DNA of 64,000 bases from Albugo candida (taxonomy: Eukaryota): assembly GCA_040437565.1 (NCBI GenBank), contig JBDOQK010000065.1, forward strand, positions 1-64,000, read 5' to 3'. Below, piece after piece: positions 24,698-38,000 of the stretch; position 1 is the first letter of the stretch; each line of letters begins with the position of its first letter. Position numbers and translations under genes: made by a program. Below the pieces are notes generated by a model. That model was given only the letters and a program-made list of their open reading frames with translations, ran no database searches and had not been told where the DNA came from.

Positions 24698-26769
24698 ACC
24701 GAAACCACCAGCAAATGCGGTCTTTCCGAACGTTTAGCCCGTAGCACCAAATCCAGCGCTTACAGAGGTACCGAAGGCTCCACTCACACCGGATCCAAAA
24801 CCTCCACTCGTGAAGCCCGTAACTGTCGGCTGTGTCACCTAGTTCCCGATCGTACTGCCAAAAGCAGAATTTATTGTTCCTGTGATATCAAACGCCCGGT
24901 TGAGATCCCAACCGTTCCAGATGATCCAAAACCACCGGATGTATCGCCAAATGGCTGATTCGAAGTGGCAGTAGTATCAAATGCATTTCTCAATGCACCA
25001 AACGCTACACTTGACGCTGCTGTTTGAGCATTAAACAAAGATGATCCAAAGTTGCGAAAACCTGACTTGCTGGATCTCGAAACGAACTGACGGCGTCGTA
25101 GTGAACCCAAATTCGGTCGATGTACCTCCGAACGCGCTGGTGCCGGTATTTCCAAATAAGCTATTACCAGTTCATGGACCGGGGCCGAATCTTCCGATAT
25201 TTGGTGCTTGTCTTTAAACGTATCGGAAGTAGTTGCAACAGAAGGCACACTGAGCTGAGCGGCGGCAGCAACGGCCGCGGAATTACTTCGCTCAAGTACT
25301 CTTCATACCGTAAATCTTCAACGGGTTTACCATGATTCTCATTCATCCGACGAATGGAAGTGAAATTCGAGCTCCCTGCTGCAGTGACTTTGCGTGAAGG
25401 CCGAAAAGGAGAATTTCCAGTCCCGACTTGATTAGTAGCGCCCAATGTATTGGTTCCAAAACCTCTAGCTGAAGGTTCCAATTTGATGCTGCATTCTAAG
25501 TCTCAAATCCAGACGCGGCAGCAGTTCCACTTCAAAATGGGCTCTGTTCCATTTGGAGGAGTCTTTGAAACATTACAGCAAATCGGATGGCTGTGGTGGA
25601 AATTATTGACGCAAATGGTCACAACTATTCAGTAATCGTGCTTATAGATCAACTGCACAATTTCCCCACTCGCGGTGAGCACTTCAGTCGCTACTTTCGG
25701 AAGCGCAAGAGGTGGTGCTTTGGTAGCCCCAATGCTCCACTACCGAATTCATTTATTGAGGCTGCTGCTACTCCAAACGTGTCTGTTCCGGTCTGTGTGG
25801 CAGGTGTACTCGATGTATTCTGAATGCACTGGCAAATACATCCGTCAAAGTATTCTGATTCGTTCCAAACACGCTGCGTTTCTAAAAGGACTATAAGGTG
25901 TTGTTTTTGCAAAAGGCGAAGCTGTTGGGCTCGTACTCCCAAACCCACTTGTACCCCTGTGTAACCAGTGGATACAGGAGCCAAATTCAGTCCCTCCCAG
26001 GATCCAAACCTGCTTGTTGTGCTTCCAAATACGCCCGAATTCGATCCAAACGCGATTGTTGTGCACGGTGCTTCTAAATGTACTGAAAGCGGAAGATCGC
26101 GGAAGTTTGGCTGCGTTTGAGAAAGCAGAAATACAATTCGAGTTTGTGGTTTCTTTTGAACTAAAGTTTACGTTTGTTAGTGCACTAAAAGAGAGCGTGA
26201 CGCATTGTGTGCGCCCCCCCCCCAATGCGAATGAGTTATTGCCTGCTGTCTGAAATTGTATTTGTAGCACTAAGCCAAATGACATTGTGACAGAAGGCAA
26301 CAGTCAATCGAACAAAACATTTATCAATTCATTTGGTCGAATGAGTCGCTGATACTCGGACTTACGCAGCGAGGCATTGTACACTCTTGACGAACTGCGG
26401 TGTTTCACCTGCGAATCAATTTTCTGGTACTTACACAGTGCACACCACCTATAACCTGTAACTTTTTTAGGCCTCAGTAAATTCACTACTCTTCACGTAT
26501 AAATCATCGCATAACAAAAACTTAGATTTTATATGGTAGATACACTCTAGCGCTTCAAAACAAAAGGCTTAGATTCTAAATTGGATGATTTTTGAATAAT
26601 TTATAAGGCTCTAAAAGTTGCCTTGTTTCTCTAGATTTAACTAGTATTTCTTATCAAAGCGTAAAATTTGGCCGCCATCAGTGGGCAAATCAGGGATTAT
26701 GGTTTAGCGTTTGACTACAAGTGTAATTTCTTATCTTTATATTATACTTACAGCTTCACACAGTAGCTA

Positions 26770-27624
26770 CTAGAGCATTGCTGTTTGTGTGAACTGAGTC
26801 TGGAAATCTCGATGTGATCGGTACTTTTTCATAGCATATTCCGTGGCTTTTCCGGTTAGATCTTTCCGATCCACATCCATATAGAGGAAGTACTTTCTAC
26901 CACTGCGCGGATTGTTGCGAGCGAAACTGAGGAAAGTGCTTTCGGAAATGTCGCGGCCAATCCTTTGCATGTGTAATCGCAATTTTTCCTTGCGTATCGT
27001 TTTGCTTCCCCCCAAACGTTTTCTATAAAAATAAACTCGCAATGAAATTTGAGGTAGAATGTGATGAGATGGCCCGCCGCGGTGATTGTCTCTTCCAACA
27101 AACCTTTTTGAGCTTTAAACTCTGGCTGGTTCTGAATAACACTGCGGCCACAGCAGCTACCTGTGTGACCACATTTACCCCGGCAATTCAGGCGAAGGTT
27201 TGTCGTCCAGAGATTGCGCTCCTGCAGGACGATCTTTATGCCCTATGGTTGTCCGGCCAGATGATGATCTGCGGGAATAGCATGGATTGTGATGTCCCAT
27301 CTCCAAACATTCCATTCCGCATCACCGGTTGCTTTCCTCCCGGTCCAAGATTCATCCGTTGACGTACGAGAGCATCTTCAGCAAATGCTGCGTGGCTAGT
27401 CGCATTGTCGAAAGCGAAGAGAGCTTTTGCATTGGGAAACTGCGCATCGGAAATGGGAATTGCAGCATCCCGGATTTGCTTATGAAGGTCTTCCGCAGTC
27501 CACCAACCATCATTGTTCTTGCCGGGATATGTGATTATCCAGGCCTCTTCTGAAAGATTGCTGTGTTGAAGCTTCTTTTCTATGCTTAAAGCTAGTCAAA
27601 CCCCTTAGATAAGACAGAAAATGT
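26770..27624 (-). mobile_element. IS630/Tc1-mariner-like DDE transposase relic, copy A (3' part, cut by gap)
   Basis: AFDNATSH...FYLKFHCEFIFIENVWGEAKRY...MKKYRSHR. Paralogous to copy B with many substitutions. Confidence 0.85.
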
Positions 27625-27838
27625 NNNNNNNNNNNNNNNNNNNNNNNNNNNNNNNNNNNNNNNNNNNNNNNNNNNNNNNNNNNNNNNNNNNNNNNNNNNN
27701 NNNNNNNNNNNNNNNNNNNNNNNNTAAAAGTTGCCCTGTTTCACTAGATTTAGCTAGTATTTCCTAGGCAAATTAGGGTTTACGGTTTAAACTTTGAGTA
27801 CAAGTGTAATATATTATCTTTATATTATACTTACAGCT

Positions 27839-29894
27839 TCATACAGTAGCCACTAAAGCATTGCTGTCTGTGTAAACTGAGTCTGGAACTCTTCGATTTG
27901 ATCGGTACTTTTTCATAGCATATTTTGCGGCTTTTCCGGTTAGATCTTTCCGATACACATCCATATAAAGGAAGCAGTTTCTAGCATGGCGACGGATTGT
28001 CGCGAGCAAAACTGAGGCAAGTGCTTTCGTAACTGTCGCGACCAATCCTTTCCATGTTGTAATCGCAATTTATCCTTGAGTATCGTTTTGCTTCCCCCCA
28101 CAACTTTTCTATAAAATCAAATTCGCAATGATATTTGGGATAAAATATGATGAGATGGTCCGCCGCGGTGATTGTCTCTTCCAACAAACCTTTTTGAGCT
28201 TTAAAGTCCGGCTGGTCCTGAATAACACTGCGGCCGCAGCTACCTGTGTCACCACATTTACCCCGGCAATCCAGGCGAAGGTTTGTCGTCCAGAGGTTAC
28301 GTTCCTGCAGGACGATCTTTATGCCCTTTGGTTTTCCGGCCAAAAGATGATCTGCGGGGAATACCATGGATTGCGACGTCCCATCCCCAAACATTCCATT
28401 CCGCATCACCGATTACTTTCCTCCCGGCCCAAGATTCATCCGTTGAGATACGAGAGCATCTTCAGCAATTGCTGCGTGGCTAGTCGCATCGTCGAAAGCG
28501 AAGAGAGCTATTGCATTTGGAAATTGCGTATCGAAAATGGGAATTGCAGTATCACGGAGATGATTATGAAGGTCTTTCGCAGTCCACCAACCATCATAGT
28601 TTTTGCCGGGATATGTGATTATGCAGGCCTCTTCTGGAAGATTGCTGTGTTGAAGCTTTTTTTCTTTGCTCAAAGCTAGTCGACCCCCTTGAATGAGACA
28701 GAGAATGTTAACTCTTGATCGAAGGAATGAGCGAAAACCTCTAAAATAATAGACTTACCAACATCAGTCAGGAATTCGCTGACATGTATCGATCTTCCAG
28801 CCCCCTTTTTCCGCAGTGGCTGTTCACCATCAGGAAGCCATAGCTTCTTCTGGCCAACATGGGTGGCAAATGTGCTTTCATCATGCGTCACTAGGATGAT
28901 GGCATCTCTGGCAGGCCAAATCTCCGATTTCATTTCCGGCCCAACAAATTCCGGCATAAATGGCTCATAGATTCTCATTCGTTCCAAAAACTGAGTACGA
29001 CATGCCACGACATCTGCTCGTTCATGGCCATCAACGTACATGCCTTTCTCCACCTCTGAATAGCGTAGGCCAAGTAACTTCATCCAGCGGGTCACAGTGC
29101 TGAGGTGGATAGGTGCGGTAGGATCAATTTTTGGAAGTATTTGCTCGTTGACATGCTTGGTAAAATCCGTTCGTACTATGCAGAATTTATTTTTTCGAAG
29201 GTAAAGCAGCACATCTGCAATGATATCTTCATCCTCTAATAAACTGATTGTTTTAACATGCTTTCCATGCTTGTTCTCGGGAATAAACCAGTTTCAATAC
29301 ATAAACGTCCCCAGCCACGAAACATCTCGGCAAACCAACGCCCTTTTCCATTCGTCGCCGCAAATAATTGCGAGACAGCAACTCTCTATTTTGCAATCAC
29401 GATAGACCGTTAATAAATAAAATAAAATTGCGCTAGAGAATGTGCAAATGAATTAACTATACCTCACTGCCGCAGAGTATAAGCCTGAAGTATCCTGTAA
29501 AAGAGGCAAGACGCAGCCGCATAGTTTGCTCCAGTGATTGATTTTGTTTTTTCAGCTTCACAAGCACTCTTTGAAGATGTTGTGAGAATGAAGAGGTCTT
29601 TCATCTATGGATTCCTCGCTGGCAGATTCTATAGGATGACGCTGTGTGGCTTCCGCCTTGAAGTAAGTCTCTAGCTTTCTTGAACCAATAGCTGCTTTTT
29701 CCTGCTCTACTCTTTTGCGCCGCTTCGTTCTGTCGGACTCTTCAAGGTACCGAGAAGGCCGTATACAAGAAGACTCAATACTCACATATCGCTCCTATGT
29801 TCGATAGTTGAACTTGATATATCTCCGGCTTTTTTCGTCTCATTAGCAGTCCGCATTGCTTTCATGTGACGTTGCTGTTTTGGTTTCGAGGCAT
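27839..29894 (-). mobile_element. IS630/Tc1-mariner-like DDE transposase, copy B, decayed
   Basis: LVTHDEST (D1), AFDDATSH (D2) and FYPKYHCEFDFIEKLWGEAK (E). HTH-like IHLSTVTRWMKLLGL. Internal stop and frameshift. TIRs were not identified. Confidence 0.88.
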
Positions 29895-30639
29895 GCTACT
29901 TATATCAACGGGCTGGCAGAAAAAAGGAATGTGTTTTGTTGTCAAATGAGTAGGATGGCTGGTATCAAGATTAAATGTGATTGGGGAAAAAGCTGTTGGA
30001 ATGGTAGACGAAAATCATGAAACAGCTCCAAGGGATTGAAACCAATATTGCACAAGATATGCAACGTGATATTGAGTATACTTAGCGTGTGTTGCAAGCT
30101 GCAGCAACTGGATATCGCACTCAGAAAATCAATCAGTCATGGACTTTTTTAGAATCAAATCTTCAACAATCCAATATCTCGGTAGGCAGCAATCTAATAT
30201 AATTCTTGTCGTCACGCACCGATCGAGTATGTTACCAAAGACATGTGGCACCGTAACATCGAACCCGAGGGATACTATCGACAATTTCAGGGATCACGGG
30301 GGGTGTAATGGGCTCTCTCTGTATCCCAGATACCTACTATGCTGATCCATTCGAAACAAATACAAGAAAAAATAATAGATCTGAATCCATTTTCCCTTGA
30401 GTCAGGAGAGAAACCGTTTCTTAACTCACTCAAGTATGATCGAGATGGCGTTAGCGATCAAGCACATGCAAAGTAGTTTCTCTTCAGGCATGATGAACTA
30501 CCGGCTACACTTCGTCAGCTTGATTCGTAAATGTTTAGCGAGCATCTAGAGATAGCGTTCGATAATCAGCTCGAAAGAGTTGTCTTACTCCAACACAACG
30601 TCACTTGGCAATCTCCTTGTTAAACAAGCAAGGCTCACG

Positions 30640-31900
30640 ATGTGATCCTGGCATCTATATATCTTACTTCTTTGTGGCGATGTGAAAGTACTTTCCAAAG
30701 TACTGGCGCTTCGATAATAAACGGTTTTGCCGAACTTGATCGACTAAGCTCAAAAGGCACATGTGCGAGTACGGTTGATGCATCATCACAGTCGACATCT
30801 CACGACATACAAGACTTGGTCATTGTGGGAAGAAGCGTATGCGTCATTTCTCGACTTCAAGAAAGCTTACCATCGTGCCAATTGGAAGTGCATGTATTTC
30901 GTTTTGAAAAATTGGGCGTTGGAAAAAGCTCATCGCTGGGTGAAAATTTTGCACACTGACACGAAGGCACCGGAAATATCACACCTTCCATTACACCAGA
31001 ACGTGTAGTCAAACGTTACTGGTGCTGATCACGATCGAGCCCTTCGGAATTTATTTCGCCAACATGAACAACGACACGTAAGGTAGATCAATGGCAACTG
31101 CACTTTTTTGTGCAGACGATTCGACATAGAAAGACCACCTGGTTTTTTGCGCAATTTGAACTCGTCCGAGTCTATTGCAATGGATCTGTTACGAAGTTCC
31201 CCTCAAGCATATCATTCCTGCTTTCGATGATTCAAACTATGCCGTGTCCTCGTATTCACAATTTGACCATATTGGCTCCAGAGAATTCGGTCTAGTATCC
31301 GGGTATTACTTTTTGTAGAAACTGACTCATTCATGATTGCGGATTGATCATGGTTTTGGTGTATGGTTTCGACGTGCGCGAACTGTCCTTGGTCGACTAC
31401 GCGTGGTCACAAGAGATGCTATTTTTATGTTCGTGGCTTAACATTATGCACGTTGACATACTAGCAGAGCCTTATCGACAGCGGTGGTCGATGTTCAATC
31501 GTTTGTGTTTGTCCGGGAACATAAAAAAAGATTCAGAACACGTTCACCTGATCAGCAAAGAGGTTTCATAATTTCGTCAATAGGACGCTNNNNNNNNNNN
31601 NNNNNNNNNNNNNNNNNNNNNNNNNNNNNNNNNNNNNNNNNNNNNNNNNNNNNNNNNNNNNNNNNNNNNNNNNNNNNNNNNNNNNNNNNAGCAGAGCCTT
31701 ATCGACAGCGGTGGTCGATGTTCAATCGTTTGTGTTTGTCCGGGAACATAAAAAAGATTCAGAACACGTTCACCTGATCAGCAAAGAGGTTTCATAATTT
31801 CGTCAATAGGACGCTGGGCTGTTTTGTTGGATTGACTGAAACTACAACGCATTTAATTCCTCCTACAGTTCACAGCCGATGCGTCGATCAATTTTCCTCT
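30640..31900 (+). mobile_element. L1-like non-LTR retrotransposon reverse-transcriptase relic
   Basis: ASFLDFKKAYHRANWKCMYFVL...WVKILHT (30763-31008) and an LF(x)ADD remnant at ~31103-31121. Heavily decayed; extent approximate. Confidence 0.7.
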
Positions 31901-34900
31901 CGTTTACTCTGAAGAGCAGTAAAATCAGACAATTAGAGCTATGTGGGGGCTTAGGTCTCCCTAAGTACACTCCTACATGACTGAGGAATGAGTGTGCTCT
32001 GCTTTGTCCTTTCTGCCTGATGCAAGAAATTTTTAGAGAGCAATGTCAGACAGTTTTATCTTACGAGCGTGCTGCTTATATTTTGGTCGTCGTCAAAAAT
32101 GTCTCCTATCATCGTATTGCGCAAGGGCTCACTGGCGCTTTACAGTTTCATAGTGCACACACCATTTCTTTTGCATAGAATTAGGATCAAGCGTGGCTAA
32201 ATCCGATCACTTCCTGTCAAAATCTTCATTTATGATGTAAACAGCGCCACTAAGTAGCGTTGGATACCACGAAGTAACCTTTTTAATCTTCTTAAGCCTT
32301 CATACCATTAAAGTGCACCGCTGTTTGACATTGAGACGGCAGAGCAACAATAAAGCTTCTACCTGCTTATTGATCCTCATCTAAAACCATTTTAGGACCT
32401 CAACGAGCTAATAGCAACTTTTTACACTTGCATGTTACACCTATCTGACGGGTTCGGTGTTTACAATATCTCTTTTTGAAAAATTAACTATTGCATCTGC
32501 TAGGATCGTAGCTTTCCCCAAGCAATAGATGTTTTTAAATATTAGTCCCTGCTTTGTCGTGTGCAGTTATATACTCACTACGTTGATAATTTTTCGCTTT
32601 AATCTGCGGGGAAGTTTCAGCTCCGGTATACACGGACACACTGATTCGAAATGACCAGATAATTAGGAATCTTGAATGCATTTCAAGAGGCTAGATGGAT
32701 GTTACATGCACAAATGGTTGACGTTTGTGCGATAAGAATTCTTTTCGACGTCAACTTCGTCGCTCTCCTGAGTCTTCCGTATCCAAATTCTAAAGGCTTT
32801 GTAACCCTAGATCGTCAATCTTATAAGGCTCGGGATCAATAGTACATGAGTAAAACGGATAATATCGAGATAATTTGCCTGTAAATTGATCACCGCCTTG
32901 GAATAGGAGAATCATTTCGCGATACATGGCGTCATTTTTCTATCGCATCTGACTAGGTAAATGCTGTATACCGTGCGTGTTGACCTTCCTTTGCTCAAAC
33001 GCACATTCAAATCCTTTCGTAGATGTTTACTCTTCGTATAAACGAAATCAAGTGGAAGCTCTGATGTACATTCCAACATGAAGCGTTTTCAAAGGTATTA
33101 TTTCAATGTCAGAAACCGTCGGTATACATGTAAAAAAACGGATGCCTGGATGGATGGATCCTACATTGCTCACCTTAACGAGCTATGCACCCATTTCGGT
33201 CTTAACGTATTCAACAACGCCCAATGAACCGTTGCATCGGTCATGATGGGATATTGTTCCGATCCATTAGCAATAAATGATAATAATTCGAGAATCAAGA
33301 TAGTCCAAGCTGCTACGAGTTCGTGTGAATCGTAAGATTGCTAGGACAATCTTGTCATCGATTTCATCGGTATTGACGGGATTCTTACCATCAGCCGTTA
33401 GGTCTCAAGTATGGTGAGATCTGCCAAACAGCTCAGCTGAAAAAATACAAAGTTTATACCCTTTTTGCACTCATAAGGATGCGTGATGTACAAGTACTCT
33501 TAAGGGCTTCGACAAACTGAACTTCGACAGCGTACCATAACCAGCCTCTTTTTAGCTCCGAGGGTTGCACAGATATGCATTAGCATTACCAGTCTTGTGA
33601 CAGCCTTATGAAACAATGTAAATCGGCAGCAAAGTTGTCAGTGGAAACATTTCCGGTCTGATTCTGTTACTTTTGTTCATCAAGTTTACGGCTATCTCTC
33701 TGTGGTCCTTCTAGATACACTTTTGGGTGATATTCAAGCTTCTTTATGCGCTTCTCCGAGGCTGGCGACCTCATATTGCTCAGATCTGACCATACATAGT
33801 GAAGATTGAGGGGCAGGCATGATGCTACAGGATGAGACATGGCATACCATCTCTGTTTCCTTGATACCTAAATTCCATCACATTGTCACCAATTTCTTCC
33901 TCCCAACCTATGGGCGCTAGGAATAGCTTTCACACACAATTAGACAAATCGGCTTTCTTGCTTTCTTTATTGGTTTGTCTGGCGTCTAGCAGAAGCCACC
34001 TTCATTTAGGAATAAAGGCTACATTTTTCGTGTAGCACATTCGAGAAGTGTCAAACATTTGAGTTCGTGGACATACAGTCTTACTTGTAGCATTCCTCAT
34101 GACTTTGGCTTATTACCCTTATGCAAGCATCTAGAAGCACATACATAGCTAGCTACCCAGGTACAAACACCTTGCAAAGAATACAGTCGCGTTCCTCTTT
34201 GATCATTAGACTACACACAAAAAGTGCTATCACAACTGAGATTCATGCAAACGTATATTTCTTGCTAGGTAGGATTTTGATCGAGTACGTTTTCCAATTG
34301 ACACGTGTCACAAAAACGATCACGAAGTAGTCAATTGAGAATATTCATGCGCTCATCACTTCCTGAATCACGCTAAGCTGGATAGCATTTGTGCTGACCT
34401 TGGGGTCTCTTCGAGCGTGCAATTTAGCTTCTAGCAAAGTCTCTCTGCAGAGAAAGCAAATTGAGAGGCACTTCTCTGGAGATAAATGAATTGATTTGAT
34501 TTACCAGCGCCATAGTTGTAGGGGGAAAAATCATGCAGTGGCAACCTCAAGATCTTGGACGGGATTATAGCCGTCATGATTCGACAAATCCCAATGCAGC
34601 CAATGGGTCAACCTGAGAAGATCGATACGACCGATGTCTCCAGAGCTCCGAGACGAAGGATCACAAACTTCATTACTGACGCTCTTTACGATAAGTCTGC
34701 ATAGTGTGTTTCATGTCGCGATAGCCACATCTATACACATTTACAGCAATGAGTAGTTGTTATGGGTTTCCTTCCGTACAAAAGGCCACTTTGTAAAGCT
34801 GGCACTGCATAAAGGCAATTGCAAGCCGTACCAAATACATTACTCCTAAGGCTTCCCATGCACCGCCTCGTATATCAATACAATCTTATTATTTCACATA

Positions 34901-35070
34901 CGCAGCGCTTTTTATTTACAGAGTTTCGCATGCAGCCATGTAAATCACTGTCGTGCGGGTTCAACCTTAACAGTGAGTTTTCGATACAATCGCACATGCA
35001 ATGCTGCATCCAAATCGAAACCAGTTATAACTGATACAAAATCCTGTTATTTTCTCCTGGCGACGATCAA

Positions 35071-38000
35071 ATGGGGCAACACTTTTTGTATCACTCCGAC
35101 CTGATACCCGCGACCGCAGTGCATCATGCAGTGTATGCGAATTTCACAAATGACATCCAGCCCGACCTTATTCTCTGTGGTCCGAACTGGTTGAAAGTCT
35201 ACCGAATCGAACCGTATACTGCAGAATCTCAACATGAAGGACAATCGTGTAGACAGAGCTGTTCAGCGGAGGAAGATCAGATTCCGCCACAAAATGGAAA
35301 CATCTTTCATCTAATGGATTCGTTTTCACTTGCGGGCGTTGCAGAGAGTTTACATACTCTTACTTTCGATCTTTCATTATTAAAGCCAGTAAGTCTCGCT
35401 GATTGTCCGCGTAAAGAAAGAAAGAGACGTAAAAAGCAAGCGGAGGAGAGTAATTATCCAGATGCAAGGTCCGATGCAAATCAGGGTATCTCAATACAAA
35501 GCCCCACGAGCATCAAAAGCGGAAAACATGTGCTTCTTCTTACATTTGCTCTATATAAATGGGTTATGATAGGTTATGACCGTAAGACAAATTCATTGGT
35601 GACGCTTGGTCTCTTTACTTTCGAGGAGAATGCAGTCGGATTCGGTGCAACTTTGCAAGGTGAAAAAGAGGGTCGTGAGCAGCTTCTTGGATCAAGTGTG
35701 CGGCCTCTTGTGCGGATCGACACTCAAGTTCGATGTGGAGCAATGTTAGTGTACTTGGATCAAATAGTGATTGTTCCTTTTCGAGATAGTAGAGTAATGG
35801 ATCTGGCATTTCTATCTGAAGATGAAGAGGACGAGCAGTATGCAAGCAGTGAAGGCAAATATAAAAGGATTGAAAAGAACATTGGAGCTGATGCGAGTGC
35901 ATACAGCAACGACAATACTTCTCCTTGTGAAAGCGCAACTACCGATGTCGAAGACGATGAAGACGATTTACCCGACAGGCGAAATGCATACTCCAAAGAT
36001 TTCAAAAGTGAGCGCCAAAAAAGCACAAAACAGGAACGAAATGGCGTATCTGATAAGCTCGAATTTTCTTTGGATAAAAGCGTCAAATTGGGAATAAAAC
36101 GGAGTAATCACGGAGGAAGTAATGTACAACGCGGATCCTCGGCCGACTCAGGATCGTTGCTGGTTCCAGGTGGCATGAAAGATCTTCCATACAACCTGAC
36201 TGGACGTGAGTTTTTGCTGAGATTACGCGAACTGGACATCAAAGGCCGTGTGGCCGATTTCGCATTTTTGGAAGGGTACTTGGAACCCACACTGATGATT
36301 CTGCATGAAGAGAATGACCGGATCGCAAGTTCCGGAAGGTTTGCTATTGGATATGACACAATGTGTTTGACAGTTTTGTCAATTACACTCAATAGCCGAC
36401 TTCATCCTGTCATCTGGTGCGTTAAAAATCTCCCCGCGGATTGTTTCCGAATAATACCCTGCAAGGTACCAATTGGTGGTGCACTGCTCTTATCTACAAA
36501 CGCCATCTTATATTTCAATCAGACACAATTTTATGGAATCAAACTCAATGTCTTTGCGGATAAAACAGTCAATCAGTCTTTGTTTCCATGTCAAGATGCG
36601 ACTTATGAGGTTCTCGAGCCTCTACCTGATGAAGCTGCTTCTGCTGCACAAGCTTGTCTGGCATTTGTTGAGAAACCATTGAGCATTTTGCTTTATGACT
36701 GCCACTACGATTACTTGGGCTCTGGGGATATACTGCTGTCATTACCAGATGACACGTTGTATGTACTGAAAATGCCTCAAACATCCAGCAGAGTTCTCAG
36801 CGCGGAAGAGTATAATCATACTGGGAGGTTCATCCTGCGCAAAGTGGCATCCCCGGCGTCGACCGCATCTTGCGTATTGGTCAATCGCGACAATGATAGA
36901 ATTTTTATTGGATCTCGATGTGGAGATTCTGTTTTGTACAAAATCCATCGTCAGACAATCAATAAGAGGAAAACGCTTCTTGGCACTGTTGTTATGAGTG
37001 ATGGCTCAATCAGTCAAAATTCTAATGTTGAAAAGGAAGATACCGACATGGAAGCAGTCCTGGAGGAGAAACTTTTAGCGCTTGGGTCTCAGATGGCATT
37101 GGATGCAGCTGATGAAGACGATGCCTTCTTGTACGGCCCAACATTGTCACAAGAACCGACTAGCGGTGCACTTCCCAGCACAGACTGCTTTTCGTATGAA
37201 TCAATGAAAGAGGACGACCACAGTCTTCATCTACAAGCAGTCGATTATATTCCGGGTATTGGACAAATTACATCGATGGATCTTGGAGTTCAGTCGAATG
37301 CGGACTCGAACGAACAGCACGAGGAACTGGTAGTGAGCGGAGGAAGTTCCAAAGATGGCTCGATTTCTGTAATTCACCATGGACTGAGACCAATTGTCAG
37401 TACTGCCGCCGAATTGAGTGGTTGTCGTGCTATGTGGACTGTCGTCGGCATGAACACTGATGTGCATGATTCTGAAGCCACGAGGCGCTATGATTCATAT
37501 CTTATTTTGAGTGTGGCACAGCGCACAATGATACTTCGTACTGGAGAAGAGATGGAACCTTTAGAGAATGATAGTGGCTTCTATACTTGCGGTCCGACTT
37601 TATGTGCGACGAATTTATTCTCTCAAAGGCGAATCGTTCAGGTGTATAAGCAGGGAGTACGAGTCATGCAGCAAGCACCTATTCCAACATCGGAGACCAA
37701 AGAAAGTGATGAAGAAGCACGAAACGAACCCCTTTGTCGACTAGTTTGCACACAAGAAATACCATTTGCGGGAGAAATTGAGTCTGGTGGGATGAACATC
37801 GACACCACAAACGTCGGGATAGTATCAGTCGACACCATTGATCCGTATATCCTTTTGTTACTGACAGATGGAAGCATTCGCTTACTTGAAGGCGACGCAG
37901 ATCTCGAGTTAACAGTCTTGGAACCAACAGTGTCTTACGACGATTGTAATCCACTTGGAGTCCGTCATACAAAGGACGACAACAAGCACGCAATAGGCAT

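Larger units (their letters stand above)
19851..26285 (-). pseudogene. NUP98: Nup98-Nup96 pseudogene, copy 2, with two foreign insertions and a 3' truncation
   Basis: Collinear with 2500-6860. MSFG start at 26285; GLEBS remnant GTGNSPF...KPVEDLRYEEYL; autopeptidase domain YYTVPPY...LNLDGFLIFEKKEIMVY...GLNKPAIVE; cleavage motif decayed to EHCSRY. Confidence 0.9.

Noticed and set aside
25676..25700. Plus-strand peptide GEHFSRYF resembling the Nup98 HFS cleavage motif
   Set aside because: Wrong strand, and it lacks the upstream W.F.V and autopeptidase context; treated as coincidence.
31462..31815. Direct repeat around a gap
   Set aside because: Assembly overlap.
32000..34900. ORF-free stretch as a possible ncRNA or regulatory locus
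   Set aside because: No recognisable structure, repeat or motif; probably old decayed sequence.
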